Source: Balanoglossus misakiensis (Eukaryota; Animalia; Hemichordata). Taken from it: a DNA stretch of 64,000 nt. Below are positions 48,626 to 61,213 of this stretch, in pieces. A program made the position numbers and the translations under genes. The stretch covers positions 8,390,343-8,454,342 of the forward strand of contig CM082597.2 in the NCBI GenBank assembly GCA_040954595.2, in the 5' to 3' direction. Each line of letters begins with the position of its first letter. The first letter of the stretch is position 1. The notes under the pieces are model-generated. The model saw only the letters and a program-made list of their open reading frames with translations, did no database searches and was not told where the DNA came from.

Positions 48626-51252
48626 ATGGCTGCAAAAATGGTGAGTGCGATTTCAGTTTTCTTCTCAAAGTCCTTATTTGGTTCTGCCAAGTAATTTCAG
48701 ACTGCCGGTCACTCATAAATATTCATCGGCGGCATTAATTTTCATTACTTAAATATTTACATCCTATTACTTATTCATGTCCTCAACGTACTTGCTCTAA
48801 GCAGCTCAGTGATCGAGTTTTCATTCACAACTAATACAAAAGACCAAATAGCTACAATGACACAACATCTGAACAACTAAATACTATTTGCAACTGTTTC
48901 ACACCTCTGGTTTTTGTTTCCTTCACGATCTTTTGTTTATTTAACAGCAATGTACATGGGCCAGCCAGGGCTGCAATTTTTATCACTTTCATTCCATTGA
49001 CAGGCTATCCTTTGAGCTACCACTGAGCTGACTGAAGTGAATCATGAGTTTTCAGAACGGTAGAGTGGCAAATGCTGTGCAGCCTAGCTGTAATTGTACA
49101 AATGTGAGTGATTGTTTTTCAGATGCTTCAATAATGGTTACACATGCAAAGTGAGAATTCACATATTTTCAGTAGAAATATGCCTAATTGAAATATTCAT
49201 TTGTGTTGATAATTTTTTAATGTTTGAACTACTTTATCCAGGTGACCAGACCCCTAATTAAATGCTTTGACTTTTTTTCTATATAGCTAACTGAGGAAGA
49301 CATACCGGGTTCTGTTTTATCGAAGGATGTTGAAAAATGCAAAAAGAGTGAACTACAGTTTTGGTTAAAATGCCATGGATTAGTGCACAATTCGGCGGAT
49401 ACCAGGGCAACACTCATAACAAGGTCATTATTACTCTTGCTTTTCACTAAATAGAGTCCAATGTGTTGAATGCTGATATTGATGTAATGGTCATTAAATG
49501 CTTTGAAATATCTATCAAAACATGTTTTTCAGAGTCCGGAAGAGGTACCATGATGCCCATACTATTGTTGACCCTGATCCAGGACTGTGTTACACACGGG
49601 CGAAGAGGCTCCGTTGTCCAAGATGTAAAGATGAATACACTGTTGATAAGACTCAAACTGTGGACATTTCTAGTTGTGATGATTGGACCAGTTCTTGTGG
49701 TTCAATACCAACAGGTTTCTCATATGTTCAAATTATGAACCATGTGAAAAAGTCGGGCAAAGTTGTTGGGGATTATGTTGAAAAACCACTTGATAAAGGG
49801 TACACATTTTTTTATGAAAATTATGTACACAATGTAAAAAGCTGCAAAACAGACACACATTGTTTAATCAAAGGGAGGTGTTACAGGTCCCAAAAGAAAA
49901 ATGAACCGCCCCATTTTGTCAGCTTGTCACTATGTTTAGTAACAGCTGAGGTTTTTAATGCAAAGTGCTCATGTGTTGCAGGTACTGCAGGACATTGCAA
50001 TCATATAGTGGGACTTTTATATTTACTTGACCACTGCAAGAAATTAAAACTGAGAGAGTTTCCTTTACTGGGAACATGCACAGATAATCCACAAAAGTGG
50101 CATCGTCCCAGGACTGATGGAATTGCACCTGAACCAATAATGGGATACAATGTTTTTAGACCAAAGTATGGGACATCTTCCTCTGGGGTAGCTTGTACTT
50201 TGTATGAAGCTAGGGGGAAAGCTGTATTGCAGACATCAAATGATCAATTGAAAGAGCTCAGTAATGATATTCAGGACTTAAATTTGGGTTTTTCTCATTT
50301 GACCCCCACAACTGATGATACTGATATGGTACCAACAAAAATGGGTTTCCATGTGCCTGTGGGTAGTGTTCTCAGTTACCAGTTGTCCTTAACCGAAGGC
50401 AATTTTGATGTCCTGTGTAATATTTCCAATGATTTCATTGTAGAATTTATTGCAGAAACCTACCCTAGGCTTCCACTGTCTGCTGTCCCTATCTTCAACA
50501 TTAATGGCCCTTGTATTGAGAGTGTGTCAAAGTTCCTAGATAAACTTAAGCTGAACTCTGATGCATCAGCGCAACTAGAAGAACAGACCCGTGGCCAGTG
50601 TTGTAACCCCTTATGGTTTGAAGCCAGGAAATTCAGATTAACGAGCAGCAAATTTGGGGGGGTTGTTAAAAAAAGACCTTGGGGAAATCATAGCAAATTT
50701 GTACGCAGCTTATTAATCACAAAAGACATGTCGCATATTCCAGCAATAAAATATGGCCAGGATAACGAATCAAAAGCTTTAAAAAAATATGAAGATTTCA
50801 TGATAAGTAGTGGTAGGCAGGTTTCTGTTTTTAGGGCGGGTTTAGTTGTGAACCCATCAATGTCCTGGTGTGGCGCATCACCAGATGCCAAAGTTATTGA
50901 TGAACACAGTGGTGTTGGGATTGCTGAAATAAAATGTGCATATGCATATAGAGATGTCAGCCCCAGAGATGCATGTAGTGACACAAGATTTTATTGAGAA
51001 ATAGTGGATGGTGTGCCTCGTCTTAAAAAAAATCATAATTATTATTTTCAAGTTCAAGGCCAGATGGGCATATGTGGTGTGTCATGGTGCGACTTCGTTG
51101 TATACACAAATAAAGGTCTGTTGATAGAGAGAATAAAGTTTGACGTTTCTTTCTGGGAGTCAATGATGGAAAAACTTATTGGTTTTTACGAGACACATTT
51201 TGTTCATGTAGCATCTGAAATGATAGATTTTGTAAATATAGATGCAAATTAA
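48626..51252 (+). pseudogene. Element A SAP-SWIM-YqaJ (lambda-exonuclease-like) gene; exons 48626-48640, 49287-49423, 49533-51252
   Basis: MAAKM|LTEEDIPGS...ELQFWLKCHGL...TRATLITR (SAP-like); CSCVAGTAGHCNH (SWIM); WFEARKFRLTSS, GASPD, EIKC, YYFQVQGQM. In-frame TGA at 50995. Confidence 0.88.
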
Positions 51253-51331
51253 GCTGAAATGATAGATTTTGTATATATAGGAGCAAATTAAGCTGAAATG
51301 ATAGATTTTGTAAATATAGATGCAAATTAAA
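51215..51331 (+). repeat. 39-bp tandem triplication spanning the nuclease stop codon
   Basis: ctgaaatgatagattttgtaaatatagatgcaaattaag x3. Confidence 0.9.
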
Positions 51332-51622
51332 CTACTATTGTACTAGCAGTATGGAATTCAGTCTTGTTTTATTGTTGTTTTAACATGCACAATACAATTC
51401 AACAAAAACAATTACCATTAGATATCTCATACATGACCCTGTTATTTATTATATTAAAATCTCAGTATTGTCCCGTTATAGCCCCAGTAACACTAATTTT
51501 GAGACACTGTGTCAGTATTTTTTGTTGTTACTCCATATTTCCAAAACATGATGAAAAAAACAACAGAAATGTTATTTAATAACATTTCTGTTTTTTTTTT
51601 CATCATGTTATACCACCGGGCT

Positions 51623-53811
51623 TTAATCTGGCACAGAAATGATTGGGTTCTGGAAGAGAGTCAAAAGTGCACAGACTGTCCATATCTGATTGATTGACCC
51701 TGTTAATGACATAGGGGTTCACAGAATCAAAAATATGGAAATTTTTCACTTTATTTATTGCTCTTTCTACATGGATTCTTTCTGATGCAATCTGCTGAGT
51801 TTCAATAACATCACAATCTGGCATTTGTCCCCTTTGCCCCAGAAATGGTGGGATATTTAGCTTTACATTGATTGGATCAAGTAGATCCTGAATATCAAAG
51901 CCTTTGTCAGCTAGTATGCCATCTCCTGGCTCAAATTAATTTTGCAATAGGCCACTTCTGATGGTCAAATCACGATCTGAAATACTACCAGTGTACAGCT
52001 GTGAGACAAAGCTGATGTTACCAGCAGGACTGATTCCAATCAGACCTTTCAGTGTGTTTGTTGATTTATAATTTGAATATGATTGAGATTTCAACATTAA
52101 TGATGATGGCATTTCAATCTTTATTTCTGTTGCATCAATGATTATACGTGTATCAGCATATTTCTCTTTGAATGAATCTGGCATTGTGTTCACAACAACC
52201 TGCTTAGATGGCCATATATTTATGGTACCAAGTCGGAGATACAGAAAATTTGACCAGGACAGAACAATATTACTGACAGTGGTGACAGAAACTGAAAATC
52301 GATATGACAAATCACGCTCAAAAAGACCCAACCGTACCCTGCACAAAAAAAGAAATAACTGATTTTGCACAGACAATTTCCGCGGTCTTCTAACCTTTGT
52401 TCCAGTCTGCTGGTGGGAACTTGCTGTCTGGCGAACATTTACGAGATTTTCACCATTTGGCCCAGGGTTTACATATTTTAGAAGGGAATTAAAAACATGA
52501 ATATTAGGAAAACCTGTGTAAAAAGAAATATCACACTCTTTGATGTTCTGTATCAAAAATTCGGAGTTGCGAAGAGCAATCTCCAGACGATGGTTCTCTA
52601 CAGTTAATTGTTGGATTTTGTTTTTAAGTTCCTCCATTTCTTTGGCCATGATTTCAAAACGTGAGGAAGTTTCTTCATCAGCCCTTGCAACCTTGGTCGA
52701 TGCATCCCCAGATTCCAACTGCATCATGGTTGTCTGGTTCTCATCCGTTTTGCATAACCGCGACAGTTGCAGAGCATTAAATGGCCGACTTGGCTTAGGC
52801 TGAGCTGTTATATGAGGAATATCTTCCCAACACTTAAAAACACACGGGACAGCCCCTGAATGAATCGTCCTCCTGCCACTGAATTGGTGAAACTCAATAT
52901 CATCTTCTCTGAAACGGAGGGAGCAAACAACTGTATGATTTCCAACCTGAAAAATAAAAAACAAATATAAGCAATAGTAGAGGGATTATATTTTAGATTC
53001 AGCATGTTTCCAAAGACTTGATTTGTGTTGGAAAGCTACACAGTGGCTGTGACCTATATTTATATATGTACAACATTTACATTAATGAAATTTTCATCTA
53101 ATTCTTTAGACAGGAATATTTGATTTTTCATTTTTCATAACAGCAAGATGGTGTTTAGGGCTTTAAACAAATCGCTCCAAAATGTTCATTTTAAGAAATT
53201 TAAATACCTTAAAGGACTTGTCTTCATCACGTCTTATTTTTGTCAGCCATATCTTTTTCATTTCTTCATTTTGTGGAAATTTATGATACGTAACAGTACC
53301 ATGCCCAGGAACAGAAAACTTCCCATAGCTGGTACAGCGTGGCACAGCACAGTTTTTTTTTTTGTAGCATTCCTGGAGCTCACCTTAGAAAAAAGCTGAA
53401 TAAAAAAATAATATGTGATGTAAAAATAAATGAAAAAAACATCATGGTGGTATCTACAAGTTATGCTGATCACAGCCCTGGCTGGCCCATGTATATTGCG
53501 GTTAAATGAACAAAAGATCGTGAAGGACACAAAAACCAGAGGTGTGAAACAGTTGCTAATAGTATTTAGTTGTTCAGATGTTGTGTCATTGTAGCTATTG
53601 GGTCTTTTGTATTAGTTGTGAATGAAAACTGGATCACTGAGCTGCTTAGAGCAAGTACGTTGAGGACATGAATAAGTAATAGGATGTAAATATTTAAGTA
53701 ATGAATATTAATGCCGCCGATGAATATTTATGAGTGACCAAATTACTTGGCAGAACCAAATAAGGACTTTGAGAAGAAAACTGAAATCGCACTCACCATT
53801 TTTGCAGCCAT
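51623..53811 (-). pseudogene. Element A THAP + HTH + DDE_Tnp_4 transposase; exons 53797-53811, 53208-53395, 51623-52946
   Basis: THAP CAVPRC..HKFP..W...IRR|VCSLRF..AVP; IIDATE, SISD, ILADKGF, RIHVERAI. Lesions: poly-A frameshift near 53355, TAA at 51936, frameshift near 51715. Confidence 0.9.
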
Positions 53812-54328
53812 TTCCAGCTTCCCGCGACCGCGTTGAAAAAACACCAGGCGCCACATAAGAAAAAAACCGTTGACAAAATGGCTTCTTCAAACTTTCCCCC
53901 GAATGACGTCATCGCCTGTAGAGGGCGCTAGTTATGAAAGTGGTGTATAGGCCCTACTGAGTAACACACACTTGGCAGTCTAACAGGTCTGGGTGCCAGG
54001 ATTCTAGGAACCCTGGTAATCAAACCAGATTTAACCGACATGCCAGTGTTAGTGTTAGTGTTAGAGTGGAAAGTTGCCCAAAATTGCAACCATCATTATC
54101 TTCATACGACCAATCCTCTGAAATCAATAGGGCTGTATATCATGGAGAAGTATCTGATGGCTTCAATGCCTCTTTACGGAAAGGTACCCGGATGTAAATC
54201 AAAACGAGGCTCTAGGGGGCACTGCAGGTCAGGGACACTGCGCCATTGTTTGAACAAAGTTTGTTTACATAACATGACCTTTAGTGACACTAATATTTTG
54301 CGTACGTAAGACGTACTACGTTTAAATA

Positions 54329-55754
54329 ATGGGAAAGTGGTATTGTGCTGCAGCCCTGTGTAATAACCAAGCCAATAAGTGTCCAGAACTGTCGTGGCAT
54401 ACATTTCCCACTGACGAAAAGCGTCGGAAAGTGTGGATCGCGCTGATGCGGCGAGCAGACGATTTCTGCACATTTCAAGACATCAGACTTTAAGATCGGA
54501 TTGGCGGGTAAGCGATATCTAAAGCCAGGAATTTTACCGTCCATCTTTCCCTGGACAAAATCCACAGCTACCCGTCCTTCGCCGAGTCGAAGCCGTCTCT
54601 GTCTCGTTGATGATAGCGTACGTCTGCCCGTAACAACGACGTCAGGTAACATTTCGCCCCAGTCCAGTTCAGCGGTTTTAGGACCCCTTACTCCGGAGGA
54701 ATGTCTTACTCTTGCCGACAAAGTTCAACGACTCGAGAAAGAAAATCAACAGTTGAAGAAAGAAAATCTACAACGTCAACAGCAACTAGACATTTATAAG
54801 TTTGGACTGGACCGTTTTTCGTGTAGTGACGATGACATTTATTTTTATACCGGCTTTCCGGATTACAGAACTTTAGTCGGGTGCTACGAATATTTAAAAC
54901 CGTGCGCCGAACATTTGCATTACTGGCAGTATGCACAGAGAAGGGCGAGAGAAAGTTCGTACACTCCGAGTCCGGACAGCGATGCCAGAAAAACTGGAAG
55001 ACCACGATCGATGCAGCCTATCGATGAATTTTTTTTAGTACTTTGTCGGTTGAGGTTGGGCTTATTTGAGCGAGATTTAGCCCATCGCTTTTCTGTTTCA
55101 ATTTCCGTTGTATCTGATATTTGTATTACTTGGATTAATTTTATATATTTACAATTTGGAAGTTTGCCCATTTGGCCATCGAGACAAAAAGTCAATGAGC
55201 ATATGCCTGAGATTTTCAAATCCAGTTATCCTGATACCAGGTGCATCATCGACTGTACAGAAATTAAATGTGAAACACCCAGTGACTATGGGAGACAGTC
55301 GGAACTGTGGTCTGAGTACAAAACCCATGATACTTTGAAAGGCCTTGTTGCAATAGATCCTGCTGTTGCCGTGACTTTTATCAGTCCGTTATTTGGGGGC
55401 TCAGCATCAGATAGAGTCATCACTGAGCAATGTGGTCTTCTCGACTTGCTGGAGCCAAACGATAGTTTAATGGCAGACAAAGGGTTTGATTTGGGTGATC
55501 TACTTATCAAACGAAGGGTGACACTAAATATTCCTCCAAAGCGTCGACCTGGTCAAAAGCAAATGAGCTGTAATGATGTTTTTGAAACTCAGAGAATTGC
55601 AAGTGTTCGCTTACACGTTGAACGAGCTATAGGCAGGGTGAAGGCGTGGCACATATTTGATCTTGTTCCACTAACTTTGTACGGATCTATAAATCAGATG
55701 TGGGTTGTCTGTTGCTCTATTGTGAATTTTCAGAGGCCAGTGCTGTCATGCTAA
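54329..55754 (+). pseudogene. Element B THAP + DDE_Tnp_4 transposase (intronless; frameshifting deletion in THAP near 54464)
   Basis: MGKWYCAAALC..HTFP..W..LMRR / SAHF..LKPGILPSIF; IIDCTE, ASD, MADKGF, RLHVERAIG. Confidence 0.9.
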
Positions 55755-55896
55755 TTGTAATTAATTATGATTATGTTAAACAATGATTAAGAAGATCCAC
55801 TTTGTAGTGCTCAATATATGCTTGGTATCGTCATCTGTGGGGACTATGAGTTCTGGATACATGGCTGTGTGAGGGTGTGTCTATTGTGGTGTCTGC

Positions 55897-56172
55897 AAGG
55901 TCATTGAACTTCTGGTCATCACTCAGTGACCTTGTTGACCCCACAATAGGCAATACCCCCCAGGTTTCCAAGGGATGAATATATGGAAAAGTCGCTCATT
56001 TTTACATTATTTATTACATTATTTATTTTCTTTTGAAATATTTTTTGTATGTTTTAATTCTATATATGAGCTACTTTTCCATATATGATTTCATCCCTTA
56101 GAAACATGGGGGGTATTGCCTATTGTGGGGTCAACAAGGTCACTGAGTGATGACCAGAAGTTCAATGACCTT
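55897..56172. repeat. Fold-back inverted repeat (~100-bp arms) between element B's convergent genes
   Basis: aaggtcattgaacttctggtcatcactcagtgaccttgttgaccccacaatagg... with its reverse complement ending gttcaatgacctt. Confidence 0.85.
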
Positions 56173-57164
56173 TATTTTATGTTCTTCTCCTCACTGAAGT
56201 ATACTTGATTGCCGGTTGTTACAGTTCAACTCTCACCCTATGGGTGGTTATAATGCATGACTTCTTCCATAAAACAATTTTTGGTACATACCAAAAATTA
56301 AATTGTTGGAGTAGTCATGCATTATGTCCATGTGAAGGGAGTGAGTCAAGCTGTGACAACCAGTGATTGAATCAATTTCAATAAGAAGAATACAAAAAAT
56401 ATTTGACAAGAAACTTAAATAACCAAACATGAGCTGCAACAATGAATTTTGGTTTCCACCTCATAAGGACATGACCTTGTTCTGTTGACTGAAGCTTGTA
56501 GAGGGATGTCATAGCTCCTGAAATGTTAAAGACCTGGTGTTTAGAATGTTGACCAAAATGGTTAAATTTGATAACTAAATTCAAGCTTGTAAATCAATTC
56601 ATATATCAAACAATCACTACATCATTACTTGCTAATTTGACAGGGAAATTAGTATGTCTTCTTGATTAATTCCTGAAATTTATGTAACTATGTAATAAAC
56701 TTGAGCGTAGACAATGAATAATCATTAATTTATTTTATTGCAGTACCTTGTAATAAATAAATATTTTGTAAATTAATAAAATAATTCAAACCATATATCA
56801 TTATGGTTAAAAAATACTTTAAATAGTATGTGTATACATATCCTTAAAAGTCGCTGATGGAAAATTTCTATCAATATTTACAGAGAATGTATTTACAAAT
56901 TACATATATTTACAGATTTGAATTAAAAGTTTGATATTTATTTGGACAGCAATGCCACATGGTCTCTTGGTAATATTTTTCACCAAGTTTTAGAAAGTCA
57001 AGCAAGCATTTGTGACTGACAGAAAATACACCATGTTTCCAGATATAAAATGAATAAAATGTATGTACTTCATTTTTCTCACAAGTTTTTCTCACAATGT
57101 TTTCTGACTTAACCATGAAAACAATCACATATTTTTCAGTCTTTTCAGGTTTAACAGTATTGAA

Positions 57165-60051
57165 TTACATTTCATTTTCACAATGTGCAAATTTAATGTA
57201 TGTTGAGGTGAGGACTGGCAACATGACTTTAATCCAAACTTCATGACTGAATCTCACTCTTTCAACATAAATTTCACCATGTCCTGTGTAGACAATAATG
57301 TCACACCATTTCAGGCCACTGAGGGCCATCTGTCCCTGAATTTGATAAAAATAATCATGCTCTTTATTTAATCTCATACAGTCAGTATTTTTCAAACAAA
57401 AAATTACCATATCAGGATGAGAACCTGCCTGTAGAGGTGACAGACCTAACTGATTTGCTTTGTACGATGTTTTGATCTCTGCAAGGCCAAATGAATCTTC
57501 CTCTGTACAGTCATACACAACAAGGTCAGGGGTAGCACCAAGATATGGAATAGCTGGATTTATTATCAAGCCAACACTAGAAGTTTGAACAGGTGAACAA
57601 TTCCTGTCTTTAAATTCTCTGTACAATTTAGCTACAGTAGCTTCATTTTCCTTTCCAAACTGGATTGCTTTTATGTGTGACAAATTTCTGGGGAATTTAA
57701 GATTTTGAATAAATTTTTCAGAGATTACTTTCCTTTTGATAATTTGACCAAAGTTGGATGCAGTAATTCTGTTTGCTCTTAAAACATGCCACTGTGAATT
57801 ACTACTCTGTGTACGAGTTTGTTTTTTCAATATTTTGTGATTTAGCTAAAGATACTGCCAGAGACTTTAAGACATCAGTTGGAAATAAAGTGAAATCTAT
57901 AGAGTGATTAAGTACATTTACAGGTAATGGAGGAAAAGATATTGATAGACTGGCACTGTCACTGACAGGCATATGATAGCTTACAGGAGACCCATATGGC
58001 ACCATACCAAATTGACTTTGGACCATATCACATTCATCAGGTATATTTCTTACAAGAGCATTAACAATATTGTTCTGTTTGAAATATTCCTTTAACTTTT
58101 GAACTTTTCTCATTTCAAAGTTAGCATACTGTGCGGGTCGTGGATCATACAATGTTTGATGAATGCCTTGTTTTCTTTTAGTGCTTGTAGAACTTGTGGA
58201 AGGTTTTGGTCTCTGTATTGTAGAATGGATGATTGGTGTATGTGCTACCTGTCTTTTAGTTTTACTTGCCCCATTGTTGTTTTTCTTCAGTTTTACTTTT
58301 CAAAGAGGGTGCTTCTTTGATATCACGAAGACAGAAGTCATCAAGCTGCCAAAGGAGTGCAACCACATGACAACATGTACCACTCAATCTGATAAAATAG
58401 AATAATGATAAAACATACAGTGTAGTTTAGTACGATAATATAAGTGTAGAATATGTTATAACATATACAGTGTAGTACAATACAGTATAATACATTACAG
58501 AACAGTACAGTACAGTGAATTACAGAAAGAGAGTACATGACATGAGAGTGCTATACAATAACTTACAGCTGTTCTGGACAGTTACAGTATTTTAGAATCC
58601 ATACTTTATAATACAATACAGTACAACACAAAAGGACTACACTACAGTATGTACATGTATCACTGTAAAGGATAGTACATGCTGTACTGTTAAAACGTGT
58701 GCAGTATAATAACGTGCACCAAGATTTAATGATTCATTTGATAACAGACTTGGGAAAAATGATACTGAATGATATAGACATACCCTGCAACACATTCTGG
58801 TCTGCATATAGCAGCTGCAACACGATTAGTACCAACTTTGTCCAGAACAACCAGTATACTGTGTTTAGTTCCCTTAGCCATTGATGCCCAACAGAATGCC
58901 TTAACATACACCATTCTTTCAGTTGCAGCCATCTTAACACCATGGACAAATCCAGACTGAAACAGGGCGAAACCTTTACTAAAATTATTGCCAGTCATTA
59001 TGCATCCAGTGCTCTCCTGAAAGAAAAAAAAACAGACATTTGAAGTTTTGATTAAGTTTCATTCCACCATGTTACATTATTCTTAAAACTTGCTAGTTGT
59101 AATTTCTGACTTTTTTACAGCATTTTTTCAACAACAGTTTCTTGGTCTACTCTCAACAGAAGTCAGAACTTTTCACTACTCAAATGATCAAAATACCTGT
59201 ACAGTAAAACCCCCTAAATTGAAATGATTATTGCCATTTGAAAATGAATGCGGGAATGCACAAATCAAGTGTCACTTACCTTAGACTTATATGTCATTTT
59301 GCCCGACAATTCCAATGCAGAGTCTATATCAGCAGGTGTGAAAACAGGTATCTGTGTCACATCTGTCGTGAACTTCTCATCTCATAGTGACCCGGGTGTT
59401 TACGTGTATTCAGACCAGCGGAATTTTAGACAGCAAGAGACTGTGGTCAAACCATAGACATCTGACACTGACGTGAAACGTACCATCATGGAGGTATAAC
59501 GCTTATACCTCCGTACCAAACAAGCAAACCTATAAACTTTGTCAAAGTTGATTAAACTTTGATGCGATGGGATAAACATTTGTGTGACTAAACAACAACT
59601 TACACAACGGTGCCAATCTCGTCGGCCGTCTGCTCTGTGGAACAAAGTCATAGTACCGTTCGGCTTCAAGTTGAATATCACGATCACAATGTCAATACAT
59701 AGTTAACAACATGCACACGATATAAAACCCAGAAAAAATGCGCGACGAGACGAGAACATTGCCACCGAGTGGGATATTTCAAGAATTGGCGTTTTTTCCA
59801 CAAAAATATCACGATATCGATAAAATGTACATTGAAGTTTGAACGACGACGACAAGCAATAATAAGTGTACTCACCGTTCGACCAAAGTCTTCTTATTGC
59901 CAGTCACACCGAGTCTTCGAACACGAAGCCAGAACACTTATTCACTGACCCTAAGCGTTGTAGGATCACGACCGTTCAGATCTGACCCAGGTATGTCCGC
60001 TGGAACCAGCTGAACATCACCAAGTTCGACGACTGATGCCTGATCATTCAT
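57165..60051 (-). pseudogene. Element B SAP-SWIM-YqaJ nuclease gene (exons ~59876-60051, 59280-59529, 58783-59016, 57165-58388)
   Basis: MNDQ...LVPADIPGS...LRVSE*VFWLRVRRLGVTGNKKTLVER (SAP-like); ICRPECVAG|LSGTCCHV (SWIM); WHVLRANRITAS, LGATPD, EIKT, YFYQIQGQM. Several frameshifts. Confidence 0.87.
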
Positions 60052-60157
60052 GTTATGTAAACAAACTTTGTTCAAACAATGGCGCCGTGTCCCTGACCTG
60101 CAGTGCCCCCTAGAGCCTCGTTTTGATTTACATCCAGGTACCTTTTCGTAAAGAGGT

Positions 60158-61213
60158 ATTTCTCCTAAACTTTTGACTCAGATCCAAAGACAATGAAGAA
60201 TTCAGTCTTCAAGATGTAAAATTCGCAGAAACATAAATAAATCAGTTAGATTGTTTTACCACATTTTGCAGAGAAAGGTTTTTGTTCAACAGTAAAATGG
60301 ACATATCTCACAGTTTCCGAATTGAATTTTTCCACAAAAGGAGACATGTGTACGCAATTATAAAAGAGATAAAATTGTGAAGATATTGTCAATTGTAACA
60401 ACTGCATGTCTTTAAATTGTCAATCAACTCTGTCCCTACTGATTTTCCATTCTGAGCTTCTGCGCATGACACAGAATGATTGCTTCAAGTTGAGCTGTAT
60501 TATTATGAGCACAAAAAACACACAGTTTTGCATATTATAATATAGTTTCAAAACGCTCAACTCACGCCATTGCGAGACACTCTCCATTTTTCTCAGAAAA
60601 ATCTGTCCTCCTGGGCCTGTGAGTCAAAATTTCCCCGTCTCTTGTGATTACGCGTCCGTTGTCAATCAGTCGAGCATCTATCCAGAATATTTCTCCTCGT
60701 CTAAGAATGTCTAGTTCTTTTAAACTGTTTACTATAGCTGGGTGTTTTTCTTCGCTGTCATCTTTAACAAGGCGAAGACCTAATCGCTCACAAAAATTGT
60801 AGGCAGAAAGATGATCCCTCTGCTTGAAAATCTGTAGGGTGACGCAACCTGGTAATCAAATAATAATTTTAAACAATCACAAAATATAAGATATGTGATG
60901 AGCTCCTGTTTTGAGGAACTTCAAACATTCTGAAGATGCAAAACCCAAAATTAGTGTCTTACCTGCTTGCTGCAGTAATGTCATCGACAACATCACGAAT
61001 GTAGCGACGAGCGTTAACTTCAAAGGTATTTCACGACATTCTTGTAACATCTTACAGCTTCTCCGGCAAGCCATGGTTGCGAGTTTGCGGCTAATCTGCG
61101 AGCATTTTATACATGTATATTTTGACAAATTATGTGTGTTTTGCAAAGAATTGTAACCACTGCAGAGAGAGAGATCGGGTCCTAAATGGTGACACTGTGT
61201 CGTGCTCGTTCAT
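60158..61213 (-). pseudogene. Degraded coding-like sequence of unknown identity, apparently split by element B
   Basis: ATG at 61213, donor near 60962, acceptor near 60850. Protein-like stretch RLGLRLVKDDSEEKHPAIVNSLKELDILRRGEIFWIDARL; many stops. Confidence 0.3.

Larger units (their letters stand above)
48488..53949. mobile_element. ISL2EU-type (PHIS/Harbinger-related) DNA transposon A with ~485-bp TIRs (48488-48973 and 53473-53949)
   Basis: Long near-perfect inverted repeats starting TATACACCACTTTCATAA enclose convergent nuclease and THAP-DDE_Tnp_4 genes. The exact outer ends are uncertain by a few bp. Confidence 0.9.
54168..60157. mobile_element. ISL2EU-type DNA transposon B, 110-bp TIRs, AT TSD
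   Basis: AT|GCCTCTTTACG...(54168-54277) and (60048-60157)...CGTAAAGAGGT|AT, enclosing convergent transposase and nuclease genes. Confidence 0.92.

Noticed and set aside
48547-48738. Near-identical small ORFs at 48547(+) and 53708(-) as duplicated genes
   Set aside because: They are mirror translations of the TIRs and run through a splice donor.
50995-50997. In-frame TGA as selenocysteine or programmed readthrough
   Set aside because: The partner gene has several independent lesions and no SECIS was recognised; a nonsense mutation is simpler.
49522-51252. YqaJ nuclease as evidence of phage DNA or bacterial contamination
   Set aside because: It has spliceosomal introns and SAP/SWIM domains and sits inside TIRs with a THAP transposase, as expected for ISL2EU.
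48411-53981. 16-bp direct repeat ACACACTTGGCAGTCT as the TSD of element A
   Set aside because: Not adjacent to the TIR ends (about 60 and 15 bp away); more likely internal repeats of the interrupted small element.
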